A DNA stretch of 64,000 nt from Camelus ferus (Eukaryota), in contig NC_045697.1 in assembly GCF_009834535.1 (NCBI RefSeq), positions 60,390,001 to 60,454,000 of the forward strand, given 5' to 3'. Made by a program: the position numbers and the translations under genes. The notes under the pieces are model-generated. The model was not told the DNA's origin and searched no databases. It saw nothing but the letters and a program-made list of their open reading frames with translations. This document shows, one piece after another, positions 13,741 to 26,678 of the stretch. Positions within the stretch are counted from its first letter, which is position 1. Each line of letters starts with the position of its first letter.

Positions 13741-14511
13741 CAGTTCCTATCAAATTAAGTATTACACATGGTCCATGACAAAATGAACTCATCATGGAGT
13801 CTGTTTCTGCCATGGTGCTTTCCTTCCACGTAGAAAAGTCACCTTACTACTGACTTCTCAGGCACCATTACTCTGGTATTCTTCTAAAACCAGAACTGTC
13901 TTCTTGCTTCAGAATTTCCATTCCTTACCACTAAGGAAAACTTGTTTCCTCTGGGCTCAATTTCCTTCAGGCCATCTCCTCATTGCTAAATTGGTGGTCC
14001 ATTAATTTGACAAATGAAGACGTCGCAATGCTAACTCAAATTCAGTTAAACTTGTGGGCATCTAAACCAAGTTTATAACAGATCCTGTGGGGATGATAAA
14101 GAGGAGGTGTGAATCTAATTTTCCAGTGGCTAAACTAACTGCATTGGTGGCCATTCATTTCTTCTCACCCACATTAGATAAGGAAAGATCCTGGAGGGAA
14201 CAGCCCTCATTAATGTGTATTTTAAATGGGCAAAATATTCCACTATTTCTTCCCTTGAAGTTAATATAAGCAGAGCACTGTGACGTGGGAGTTTATAGCT
14301 CAGTCTTAGGAGTAAGATTGGGCTAAGGCTTTGCTTATAAATGTTCATTATTCTATGTAGCTGTTGCTTTATGTTTATAATTTAATACTGGTCTTTTTTA
14401 CATTAAATGATCAGAAACAGATGAACCTTTACATGTAAGAATACTTCATAGTTTAAATGACTATATCCTATTTATAGTGAAAAATAGTCATTTGTAGATT
14501 TAAGCAGCGAT

Positions 14512-14513
<2 letters not shown>

Positions 14514-14552
<39 letters not shown>

Positions 14553-14570
14553 TATACATATGCATATATA
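14514..14570. repeat. (TA)n(CA)n compound microsatellite
   Basis: Read directly. Confidence 0.95.
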
Positions 14571-17084
14571 TGTTTAAATATCAATATGTAAAAGAATTTA
14601 AATGCCTAGAATTTTAGTATGAAATAATTTATATGTCTGTAAAATTCTGGTGCATTATCTCTTATTAATAGTCACAAATGTGCCTAATGAAGACAGATCT
14701 AGTTAAAGTAAAGCATTAGCATTGCCATGGCAAATGTAATCATAATTTTCTGAATTAATTTATTAATTCATATTGCTTAGCTTAGGCATTATCTAGAAAT
14801 ATCTTTAGACATTTGCCTAAAGCATTCTGAAAAGGATCACATTTTATAAATTTACTCAAAATTGTCCACAACAGTTATCTAGAACTGTTACTCCAAACTC
14901 TCTGTTATATGATCTGGAATGATTTACTTAACGATTTATCACTGCTATGGTCAACGGATGTGAAGACATAAAAACACATAAGACAGGACTTTGCTTAAAG
15001 CAATAAGTAGCAAGCATGCTTTCCTCTTCCTCTTCAACCCTGCATCCAAAATTGTAATTAGATGACTAACGTGAAAAATCAAAAGAGAGTTTATGTTTTG
15101 AATTAACATTTTTATGCTTATCTCATATTTCCCACATCCTTTTAGACATCTTAAGCACATGGCAGTTCAATATTAAAGGAAAGAATCAGTAATTCAAATG
15201 ATCTCGTGAAACCAACAAGAAATAAACAATTAGGATTTTGTTATTAAGGAGTGACGAGAAAATTGACTCAAATTGTCATATATTAAGTGTAGCCTAAGTA
15301 ATTTATTGCTTTAAGGAATCCCAATTGCTGATCAACAAATGAAGTGTTGGTTTTAAAACTTGAATTTGTTTTTTACTTTTGCATGTGTTTGATGTAGCAT
15401 ACTCTGGCCACTGCTGTATTTTGAAATTGCGGATCCTTTAATTATCTCTAGTCAGCAATCTTACATATTCTCCCAAAGGGAAATATATTCTTGCTGAAAT
15501 ATAATCACTGGACCATACCACTGGATGTTTAATCTTGGAGAAAGCAAATTTTCTTGTATTATAAGACTGGGCTGATCAAAAGCAGCTATCTTTTATTCTT
15601 TTTCATGTCCGGATTATGCCTCCTGCTTCAGTGGAGAGGGGAACTGGGGACCGTCCATGGGATTTTCTGCAATGTCAAACATGCACTGCTCTTAACAAAT
15701 GTATTAAGCCTGCAGTTTGCAAACCTGCTGGAGTCAGCAGTATTTTAATTTCATAAATATCTTCAGTTTTTAAATTACTGCAAAGTATAACCCAGAAAGA
15801 CAGAACTGCACTGCCGATGGAATGCCCTCATGCCAGCTTCCCTACTTTTTAAGTATTTTTAGTGCTTCTCTAAATAAGTTCTTGGTGATTATAAAAATGG
15901 GATAAGCCTTTCTGATGAGATATCTGAGTGACCTACCAGACACAGACAGATTGAGTTTTGAAGTGTGCAGTTACATTTTAGCAGATAGAAGAAATGTCGT
16001 GAGTTAATAATTTGTATTGTTTTCATTTTGAGTTTTTTTCCTCTTGTTTCTGAAACTCAGTAATGGATTCTTAATTGTCTTTTGAGTCATCTCCTTCTGA
16101 TGACTATCCCCCCAACACACACATACACACACATACACGTGCACACACACAAACATACACATACTTAATTTTCTTTCTTTAAGAAATTCTTCATTTTCTT
16201 TTGAATGGATTCTTAATTATCTAGTGAGAAAGACAATATCTTAATAATTATCCTGCTTAATGTAAATGCTCTCTTAAAAGTTCATCTCTGTTAATCTTTT
16301 ATAAAATAACAAGAGTTTCAGGACTGTTTTCTTCCTGGTGAATGGGAAGCCATGATCATTTTGACATACAACACATGCATGCATACTGTGTAGAAAAAAC
16401 CATTGGCAAATTATATAAATTAAGCTACTTGACTATTACTGAGATGAATTAACAAATTATTTTTAAATATATTTTGCATTTAATAAGTTTACTGTTGCCC
16501 CAATAGATATTAACTTGTTATAATATATAAAATTTTTAATAAACATGTATTTGTTATTTTTCAAAAATTGTTCAGTCTTTGCACTCTGATATGAAATAAG
16601 AAATCATGATGTATTATTAAATGAAGAAACCTAATTCACAAATATATAACTCTGTTATTCAATGCTCCAAATATTAGCATTCAAATATTAGCAATAGTTC
16701 ACACAAGCATATTCATACACACACAAGCAGAGCATGTGCGGGAGATAGATAAGTAAGAGTTAATGAATAAAAACAATGTGTGTTCTAAGATGAAACTATG
16801 ATTTATAACAGTTTCAGATTATGGTAGAGAAGCCACATGAATATAACTTAGTTGAATGTTCTCATTTTGTAGATAAGGGAAGGGACCCTTAGAGAACTTA
16901 GTGTGAAAAAAAGAGTGACAGATCCAAACTAAAACTCTGATTCCTTGTCCCTGGTTCCATCTTCATATCAAGTGCCATTTTAATTATGGAATATAACATC
17001 AAACACCAGTAAGATGAGTTCAGCTAAATAAAGGGTGAGGAGACAGTTAAGAGTTAACTCTGTCCTGTGCAATTTTTCATGAAC

Positions 17085-17250
17085 AGAAGCAGCAGAAAAT
17101 TTTTGAGGTTATGGAACTCTTCTTTATCTTGATTATGGATGCAATTTGAGGACTATATACATTTCTCCAAACTTACAGACCTGTACACTTTTTTAAAAGG
17201 GTGAAATTTACTGTATGTAATTTGTATATTAATTTTTAAATATGATTTTT
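17085..17250 (+). mobile_element. Ancient L1 3' end (L1MC/MD/ME-like)
   Basis: ATGGAACTCTTCTTTATCTTGATT..CAAACTTACAGACCTGTACACTT..AAAAGGGTGAAATTTACTGTATGTAA. Confidence 0.75.
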
Positions 17251-17346
17251 AAAAAAACTTGAGCTCTTAACTACTGTGTCATATTGGTTTTAACCAAAAG
17301 ATAAGATTTGTATTTACTTTTCTCCCTATAAAAGCCTGACAGTAAG

Positions 17347-17818
17347 TGTAGGGGTTAGGAACAGACCCCAAGATGGGCCATCTTGGCCTGTGGATTAGTT
17401 TGAGCTAAAGGCAATGGAGACTCTGTGGGTTTAAGAGACATGACTGCCCCTCCCTTAACTACCTAGAATAATTTAAATTGGAGATATTTCCCGGAGAAAA
17501 AGAGATATTACCAGAGATAAATGTTATCTAAGCTGTGCCATCTGTGTGGCAGGGCAAACACTTAATTACCAAACATCTGCTCTTCTCATAGTCCTGTGAG
17601 TGACTCTCCTGTCCTTGGAAGTCCCAGGCCTCTGTCTCACTCTAGCTCAGGATGCCATGTTGACCTCATTCTACTTTCTGTCTTTGAACCTCTCCTGTAT
17701 GTGGGGTTCTTTTACATATGAAATTAAATTTGATTTTCTCCTATTAATCTGTCTCATGTTGACTTAACTCTTAGACCAGCCAGAAGAACCTAGAAGGAAA
17801 GGGAAATTCTTTCCAACA
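17347..17818 (+). mobile_element. ERV1 solo LTR (MER34-like)
   Basis: TGTAGGGG...CCAACA termini, GGATTAGTTTGAGCTAAAGGCAAT motif, ATTAAA poly(A) signal near 17723, 4-bp flanks TAAG/TATG. Confidence 0.8.
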
Positions 17819-19349
17819 TATGTTAGTCATCATAAAGACAACAGTGAAAGGAGAGAGTAAACAGAGGAAGGACAGCGAAGGTTTCTGAAGAATGCGATAA
17901 TCATATTGAGCCCAAACACTAAATTGAAATAAGCCAGGAGTCAAGAACAGAGAAAAGTATTACAAATGTTTCCATGGAATTTAAAGAAATACAGTGTGGC
18001 CAGACTGGAAGACAGGGTGTCACTCAGGATTCTCTTCTATTTACAGGGCAGAAGGAGAAAACCCACAAAACATAATTAATTGCCAGAGCAGGAAAGATTA
18101 ACTGGCATAAGCTTAAAAGAGTGGAGAAATAGCACGTTAAAAACTGATATATCCCTCAAGTTCTATTTCACTCAAAAGCAGTATCTTCTCTGTATTATAT
18201 TAGACAGGGGATCCCCAATATCTGCTTGGAAACATGGGAATAACCTGAGATCTAATCTGTCAAACTGATGGCAGGATATTTTCTTGACATTTTAATCAGA
18301 GACTGGTGTCTCTTTTTCCCTCTAAGTATTTCACATGCTCTCTGATATTCTAAATAAAAGGAAAATGCTTCATAAAAGCCATTGTAATTGCCATTAAAAA
18401 CTAGGAAGAAGAATAGACAAAAGATTATGTAGTTTCTGCAAAGACTGGGACAATCTCCCTTTGTGCTTTCTATAATACTTATGGATGCAAACAGCAGGGA
18501 ATCTTAAATGAAACTGGAGTTTCCTTGCATATTCATTCAGGTCAGCTATTTGAAATTTAACACAATTTACCTGTGCCATGTAATGTTATTAAAGAGACAA
18601 AACCACAGGCTCCATTAAGGATGCTTGAAGACAGAAAATGGTCAAAAATTTTGAATAACTTCACCTAATACATACATAGCAGATCCATGCTTTGCCTTTC
18701 ATCACGTTTTTCATATTGCATATTTCTGAAAAATAATGCGTCTTATAATTATGTATGCATTTCACATATTAGTGTTCTAGTTTTATTCCCTATAATTAAC
18801 TGATGATAACTCAGATTTCATTATTTCATAATTGAGGAAATATGGTATTTGTACCAAGCCCTTTGTTAAAATCTGGGCCTCAGTGATAAGTACAAAATTT
18901 TAATCTCTTCTTTGTTATACTTACAGTCTTACGGAGGAAAAAGCCATTAAGCAACAATCTAAATACAACAATATAAAAATTAAATACAATTGTATTAAGT
19001 ATCCATTTTTTAAAAATGTATTTACTGCAATATGCCAAATTGTATTCTAAGTCCCAGGGACAAAATAGTGAAAAAGACAGATTATACTCTCCTCTGATGG
19101 AGCTATTACCTAGCAAAGGGGACAAATAATGTAATTTTTTAAATAATTAAAATAAATCAAGGTAATGACAGATGTTATGAGGAACAACAAATAGAATGAG
19201 ACAGGAAAGAGTAACTGGGAGGCAGTCAAAAGTTGGAAGGATAATTTTGATTGTATGCTCTGAAAAGGCTTCAATAGTGAGGTAAAGTTTGACTGAAAAG
19301 AGTGTAACATTAAGGAGCTAGCCACAGAAATATGCAGAACAGAGAAGAG

Positions 19350-19538
19350 CAAGATCCAACTTGTCTCCTTTTTCCATAAACAAAGTTTTGCTGAAACACA
19401 GCTTTGCCTGCTTGTTTACATTGTCTGCAGCTGCTCTAATGCTACAACTGAAGAGCTGGGAATCGTGACAGAGACCATATGGCTCACTGACTGCAAAGTA
19501 TTACCATCTGCCCTTAAGGCGTAAGTTTGACCCTCCTG
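19350..19538 (+). mobile_element. hAT-Charlie MITE (MER58A-like)
   Basis: AAAGTTTTGCTGAAACACAGC..TTTACATTGTCT..GACAGAGACCATATGGC..AAGTTTGACCCTCCTG, followed by ATCTAGAA. Confidence 0.8.
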
Positions 19539-19546
19539 ATCTAGAA

Positions 19547-19654
19547 TAGTGCTGCCCAACTGAACCAAACATGAGAGAAATGCTTTTCATACTACTTTGT
19601 TATTTGCAGCCATGTGTGGCAACTGAACATTTGAAAAGTGACCAGTGTAGCCAG
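19547..19654 (+). mobile_element. hAT-Charlie MITE fragment (MER3-like)
   Basis: AGTGCTGCCCAA..AGCCATGTGTGGCAACTGAACATTTGAAAAGTG; flanked by ATCTAGAA and GTCTAGAG. Confidence 0.65.
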
Positions 19655-20383
19655 GTCTAGAGCAAGAGTATCTGGGGCATAGAAAATGGCAACACAACAC
19701 TACTGGGACAGACCCCCAAACTTCTACAACAGAAAAGGACATCAAGGTGGCTGACATGGAGGAGTCAGAGGCAAAGAGACTGGGGCTTAAAAGCTAGACA
19801 GATAAGAGATTATAAAATCTTGGCGGCAAGGCAAGGCTTTTGGGTTTTATTCTAAAAATGATGGGAAGTCACCATAGGCTTTTAAGAAGGGGAGTGGCAT
19901 AATCTTTTTTAAATTTTTAAAAATATCACTAGTGCTTCTGGATATCATAAAGAAAGTGTGTAAGTTGTTTTAAAAATCAAATGAGAGGCTTTGTGTTATC
20001 ATGGGTTCAGAGAGCTTTCCTGAGGATGTGTATGTTAAATTGGAAATGTAGAGATGAGTAGGAAGCAGAAAAAAGAAGATGAGAAAAGAGTATTTCAGGG
20101 AAATTAAGCAACAGGTGCCATGACTTACCTTGAGGTGGGAGAAACACAGTGTATTCCAAAACCTGTAAAATCAGTGTGGCTGAAAGATAAGGAAAAAGAC
20201 AGAGTAACAAGGAAGAGGTAAGGGAGCTAGATCATCACTGTCTGGTCGAGCATATTAATAATGCAGGACTTATCTCAAGAGTGGTGAAAAACTATTTTTC
20301 ATAAAGGTCTCCTGTTTTTTCCACATGCCTGAACAATGGCACAAACATCAGTTCTAAAAAAATTCAAAATTACCACTTTTCAG

Positions 20384-20674
20384 GCCACTAACCACCTGTG
20401 GCTTCTGAGCACTGGATAGGTGGCTAGTCCAATGTGAGATTTACTATAAGCATACAATACACATTCAATTTCAAAGACTTAGTACTATTAAAAAAGACTA
20501 TGTAATATTTCATTAGTAAATTTCATATTGATCACAGATTGAAGTGAAAACATTCCAGATAGATTTAAAACAATATGTAATCAATTTAAATTTTTTAAAT
20601 GTTGCTGGAAAACTGAAACTTACATATGTGGCCCATATTTGAGGTGTGCATTGTATTTCTGTTAGACAGCACTG
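20384..20674 (-). mobile_element. hAT-Charlie MITE (MER33-like)
   Basis: GCCACTAACCACCTGTGGC..GAGCACT..GTGGCTAGTCC..TTTCAAAGACTTAGTA..TTACATATGTGGC..TATTTCTGTTAGACAGCACTG. Confidence 0.85.
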
Positions 20675-20989
20675 ATCTAAAAGAGTTATAACTATTGACC
20701 ATAAGAGGGGCAGTAGATTTGAGTAGTTAAAAGGTTGGCAAATTGGGCTCCCCATTGCTTAAAAGAGCACACATACTGTCACACTTCTGATCCCTTATAA
20801 TGTGTCAGATGTATTCCCTCTGCCATTCTCTAAGGCTAGGAGGCAGTGGCCATTTTCAGATTGGTTTGGCTTGGCTAGAGCATTTGCAAGAGTCAGTATT
20901 ATGCAGTGGGAAATGATAATGATTTAAATATGATTCAGTATATGCTATCTTTGTTAACTAACTTTTAAAATATTAGTTTACTTTGTAAA

Positions 20990-21042
20990 TGGTGTTGGTG
21001 GTGGTGATGGTGGTGGTGGTGGTTTGTGTGTGTATGTGTGTG
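20990..21042. repeat. (GGT)n/(GT)n imperfect microsatellite
   Basis: Read directly. Confidence 0.85.
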
Positions 21043-21304
21043 ATGTTCCTTTACTAATGTTATCCATTCTGTGAATTTACTTTCATTAGTCTTATGTGAG
21101 CCTCCAGTGAAGGTGTTAAAGTTTTTGCTGGAGGTCTTATTCCAAAAATCTATATTTCTTATTTCTGGGGACAGTTTAGCCTGAATTTTACAGAATGACT
21201 GGCTCCCTCTCTATTGCCACTTCAAGTACCAGGTAAGTGCTGCACTACTGCCTCAGATAATATTTTCAGCCTTTTCTTTTCTGTCTTTTTTTAAAATTGT
21301 CTTC

Positions 21305-21766
21305 ATGGATGGTGAATATATATGCAATTGAATATTACTCAACCATAAAAAAGAATGAAATTTTGCCATTTGCAACAACATGTATAGACCTAGAGGGTAT
21401 TATGCTAAGTGAAATAAGTCAGACAAAGAAAGACAAATACTGTATGTTCTCACTTATATGTGGATTCTGAAAAATAAAACAGACAAACAAATATAAACAC
21501 AGACTCACAGATACAGAGAACAAACCAGTGGTTACCTGAGGGGAGAGAAGTTGGAGTGGGGCAAGATAGGTGAAGAAGATTAAGAGGTACAAGCTGCTAG
21601 GTGTAAAGTAAATAAGTTACAAAATATAATGTACAGCACAGAAAATATAGCCAATATTTTATAATAACTTTATATGGAGTATAATCTATAAGAATATAAA
21701 ATCACTATGTCATCCACCTGAAATGAATATAAATTGTAAGTAATTATACTTCAATTTTAAAAAAGC
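21305..21766 (+). mobile_element. L1 3' end (ORF2 terminus and 3'UTR), L1MA9/artiodactyl-type
   Basis: GAATATTACTCAACCATAAAAAAGAATGAAATTTTGCCATTTGCAACAAC..ATGCTAAGTGAAATAAGTCAGAC..TATACTTCAATT. Confidence 0.92.
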
Positions 21767-22562
21767 AATGGGTGTGGGGGCATGAAAAGTTAGTGCTAGG
21801 TTTCATGATAATTTTCTGATTTGATTTCTCCATTAAGAAGAGAATGACTTGCCCTTTTCTTCATTACCACCCTGTGTATGAGGTTTTGGTGTCTAATGTG
21901 TCTGCCTCTGCAGGCTTCCCCACTTCTCTCTTTTCTGTCCATTTCTGTCCACAAAGGGTTATTTTATTTTTCAGACAAGTTAGTCCATTTGATATGTTTA
22001 ATACTTATGAACTGTTTAGCAATTCCTTTTCTTTTATGCATAATATCAAACTGTACAGACTAACATTTTCATTTTTCCTCTGAACAACTTAATACCATGA
22101 GGGCCCAGACTCTTTAAGAAGAGAAAGTGTGCTCACCCAGAAGAGTGCTTTATATTTCCATATGGATCTTCTGACAATTTTCTCATGACTGCTTTTTAGT
22201 AAATTCCAAACCCTTTGGGAATATTCCAGCTCAGGTATACAATATTAGCTGTGATGAGAAACAATGGAATTCTAATAAACCCTGTTCATTTAAAAGACAA
22301 ATACACAGCTATTTTGATTGTTCACAATCTTGTTCCTTATGTATTCTTGGAAAATTTTGCAGGTGGAAATATTAAGATGTCACTAATGCCTTTTATTTTC
22401 CTCTTTTCTCTTTCTGTGTTTCATGGATTGTTTCTTATTCCTAATATAGATGTCAAACGTTTACATTTGGCTTAGAACCTATTCCTTTTGCAACAGACAG
22501 CAATGACAAAGGCGGGATCAAAGTAAATTGTAGATCAATTGAATTAGAACAAAGACACTATG

Positions 22563-22895
22563 CTTTGTTTATCCATTCATCTTCTGTGTACCTTTTGGCT
22601 TTGTAAACAATGCTACTGTGACTGTTGGCGTACACTTACTTCTCGAGCTCCTACTTTCGAATTCTTCTTGAGTATATACCAGCAAGTGGAATTGCTGGAT
22701 CTTATGATGATTCTATGTTTAAATTTTTTAAGGAAACAGCATACTGTTTTCAATAGCAGTTATACCATTTTACACTCCTATCAGCAATTCACGTGGGTTC
22801 TAGTTTCTCCACATTCTTGCCAACAATTATTTTATTTTATTTTGTTTTGTTTTAAAGAACCATCCTTATAGATGGGAAGTGATATCTCATTGTGG
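22563..22895 (-). mobile_element. Old L1 ORF2 3' fragment
   Basis: AAGTGGAATTGCTGGATC..TACCATTTTACACTCCTATCAGCAA..TTTCTCCACATTCTTGCCAACA. Confidence 0.88.
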
Positions 22896-23419
22896 CATGT
22901 ATTATTATATTGAATATTATTTGAATTTGCTTTTGGGTGCCCTGTCTCTGTGTCTTTTGTTTAACTTAGTAACTAAATTGTCTGTTAAAGCATCATCTGA
23001 TTTTGATAAATGTATGCTGCAAGGGCCCACCGTACGTCAAGGGTTCTGGGACTACTGCTTACTATGTCCTCTTGTTCTCAGGATCAGCTCCCCACTTGTG
23101 ATTCTCTCTATAGCATTTACTTTCTCCTCGGTGTCATCTAGAGAAAAAGGGTATGATTCCACATTATTAGTTAAAATACTTTATCTTCTCAGGACAGTTA
23201 TATTTTAATATCTGATATTAAGAAAAAATTGAAGATCACTTATTGCTTGTTGTATCAAGACTATTCTACTCAGTCTTTTCCTCACCACACTCTAAGTTCA
23301 TAAAGATCCCCCTGATCAGTCTACAGTACTGATACTTGTGATCATAGACATGTTTGTTGAGTATTTCTTATTTTTCTGGCTTTGTTCTGTATATCTATAG
23401 CTATTGGTTAAATTGGTTC

Positions 23420-23575
23420 CATCCCACCCTGTAAGGTTGATATTATTTCTCTCCCCAGTTTTAAGTTAATAAACTAAGGAATAGAGAACTTAGTTAACTC
23501 GCCTGAACCACAAAGCTATTAGTGGAAATATAGAAATTTCACTTAGAAAGTGTTATACCAGAGCCTCTTAACGAA
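23420..23575 (-). mobile_element. MIR SINE
   Basis: CCCTGTAAGGTTGATATTATT..CCCCAGTTT..AAACTAAGG..AGAGAA..TAACTCGCCTGAACCACA. Confidence 0.7.
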
Positions 23576-25134
23576 TACATACTTTTAGCTCAGATAACCT
23601 GAATCAAGTCAATGTCCTACATCTGAGTCCTTATGTGTATATATCTGTTAATATCTTATCTGAATTTAATTTCCTTTATCATTATTAGTCATTCATTATT
23701 CATTATTTAATTACCCATATAACATTTAGTATTGTGGAAAATGACTGGGCTATGGTGGAAAATAATTTAGAATATGAAAAACTTTGAGTAATGTATTAAG
23801 CGATTTGCATATTATATGAGAGAGGGCTACATAGACACAATGATTGTCATTAACCTATTTAAAAGATTTTACTGTCCTGTTATGGGTTGATCATCTTGTC
23901 ATTTGCTATTTATTTATTGGCATAGTTACTGTGTCAGTCATCAATTTATATTTACTTCTTCTTGGCTCCAAATGTATCACATCTTCTTCAGCAAAGTCAG
24001 AGCCCCTAAGCTTAACCTTCCTTGGGTACTCTCCCTTAGTCTTAAGTGTACTGTGTAGAGTTTCCTTATATCTTACAATGGTTCTTTTATTATAGTTAAT
24101 TCTTATTTTAAACTTTTACCATTTTTATCTCCTGGGTGATTTCTGTCTCTTGATTAGAATAAGGCTGCTACAGTTGCAATTGCTAGTGATACAGGAATAT
24201 ATTTTAGGAGTCATGCTATGTCACCCAGCACATGATCTTTCAGTATAACAGATTTGTTGATACACACATAACCCCAACTTTTACTGCATTATAGTTAAAT
24301 AACCTTTATTTTTATGTGCAGTTGTTTCTCTTACATTTGAAAATGTTGCTTTATGACTCACAATTCAAGGGTCTAGGATCAGAGGTTAAAAGATAAAACA
24401 TCAGAATAATGAAAGCATCTCATAACAATTCATGATTTTCTAATGGTGAGAAAATTTGGTTAAATATCTTACCCAGAACCTGCTAGGAGTTGTGTAATTA
24501 CTTTTACTTCAGTATTGCTATGCACTAATGAATGAGGAAGTGAGGTTCATGTATTTTTATTCTCAGCATATTATGTCAGATAGTAAAAAGTACAGGAAAG
24601 GATATTTTGAAATTCAGAAAGGCAGTCTTTCCTAAAGGCAACTGGCTTTTTCACTTAAAAAAAATAAATAAATAAAACAGTGTTTTAATGAGGGAGGTGT
24701 AACAGCAGAGAACTCACTGTGCGTTTCCTTCAGGGAATGTTTTCTATCTAATTAGTATGTGGGATTCTACATTGGGAGGCAGGAGACTTAGTCCATCACC
24801 TCTTCTCAGTGGTGCTACTGACTTGCTCTGTCATTCACGTACTCTTTTGAGTTTCTTGGAGCTATAATTTTAGATAATGAATATTACTGGTTTAGGGTAT
24901 TCATAGGCTGTTTCCCTTAAGTCTCTGAAACATAGGGAAACTACATCAGATGATAGAATACTTCGTACCCAACCTACCAGAGATTTAGACATGATAATGT
25001 GGAGGATGCTTTCGGCTTCAGTTGTGACTTGCCATATGCCAACTCCTTCTGATATTGATGATAGATATTTTAAAGTATTTGAATATACAATTAGCACCAT
25101 TATGATTGTAAAAATCAAATTCGATAAAATATTT

Positions 25135-25815
25135 TGTCCTCATACATTACTAGTTGGAATGTAAAATGAAGCAATTGCTCTGGATAACAGTTTATCAGGT
25201 TCTCAAAATGTAAAACGTTGAGTTACAATATAGTGCAGCAATGCCATCCTTACATGTATAAACAAAGAAATTGAAATCGCACACAAGTGTTCATAGCACC
25301 ACAATATTCATAATAGCCAAAAGCTGGAAACAGCCAAAATGTCCATCAGCTCATAATGGAGAAACAAACTGTGATCTATCCAAACCATGGGTATTACTCA
25401 TACTATTTAGCAATAGAAAGATATGAAGTACTGGTGCCTGCTGCAACATGGATAAACCTTGAATACACGATACTAAATTAAAGAAGCTAATCAGAAAATA
25501 ATTGCATAATTATTATTTTTAAAGTATTTAATTTTATTAAATAGATATTTTAAATATATGATCATTATTTAGCTATAATATAGATTTGAGGCATTTTATA
25601 GGAACAGAAAGTAGATTAATTGTAGGCTAAGCCTGAAGGAGAGGCAGATAGGAAGGGGCTGCTAATGAGCATGCACTTTGTTTTAGGGATGTTGAAAATA
25701 TCCTGAAATTATATTGTTGTGCAGCATAAATGACTATGTGAATATATTAAAATCTGCTCAACTGTAAACTTTAAATGAATGAATTATATGGTATGTAAAT
25801 AAATAGATTAATAAA
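25135..25815 (+). mobile_element. L1 3' region (L1MB-like)
   Basis: CATAATAGCCAAAAGCTGGAAACAGCCAAAATGTCCATC..CAACATGGATAAACCTTGAA..ACAGAAAGTAGATTA..ACTTTAAATGAATGAATTATATGGTATGT. Confidence 0.88.
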
Positions 25816-26399
25816 AATTACATATCTATCTTATATATACAGCATATATGTAATATTCTTCTAATGAAATAAATGCCACTAAAATATCCATATTATTTCC
25901 CATTTTGGTGGAATATACTGGCTTACTATGACAAATATTTTATTCAACTATTATTATCTAAAGTAAATCTAACCTTATACATCTATTTCTAATTTTCTAT
26001 GCAAATGAATTACTCTCTAATTTCTAAGTAAAGGAACTTAACTCCTCTTGAATAAGTAAATACCTAATATTGGAAAACATAATAATTTACAGTTTGCCAA
26101 GCCCATTTCATTACACATAATGGGATAATAATGAATGTTTGAAAGCTATGCATTCATTGAAATAAACTGCATATGTAAGAATGATCATAATTTTACACAG
26201 TAAGTCAAAAGTCACAGCAACATATAATTTCCACTTACATCTATTTTTTTCTTTAAATCAATAAATGTGTTTCCAAAAATTTAATATATTTTCTTAGTTA
26301 TATTCCATTAATAGATACTCCACCCAAATGTTCAATATTTTAATATAAGCCTCAGTCTGACATATTTCAGTACCGAGTAGTTTTAGAAGTGTGCAATGC

Positions 26400-26545
26400 T
26401 TCTCAGCTATGTGAATTTAAGAAAGTAATTCAACTGAATTTTAACATAATCCTTTCATGTTATAAAAGCAGATAAGGAAAACCTACCTTATTGATTTGTG
26501 TGAGGACAAAATGCGTTAAAATATGAAAAGCAGCTCATAATGTTA
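26400..26545 (+). mobile_element. MIR fragment
   Basis: AGCTATGTGAATTTAAGAAAGTAATTCAAC..ACCTACCTTA..TTGTGTGAGGA. Confidence 0.55.
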
Positions 26546-26678
26546 CTTGTTAGAACTTTTACTTATACACAGCTTCTTGGATCCCTTTTGTTACTTTTAC
26601 CCGTCACATTCAGTACACCTAACAAACATCTCAGCACATTACCCATTACAGATGCTTCCAGAGTACAGTACTAATTTC

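Larger units (their letters stand above)
19000..20300 (-). mobile_element. L2 fragments interrupted by hAT MITEs
   Basis: GGGACAAAATAGTGAAAAAGACAG..ATGGAGCT and TTTTATTCTAAAAATGATGGGAAGTCACCATAGGCTTTTAAG match antisense L2. Confidence 0.7.
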
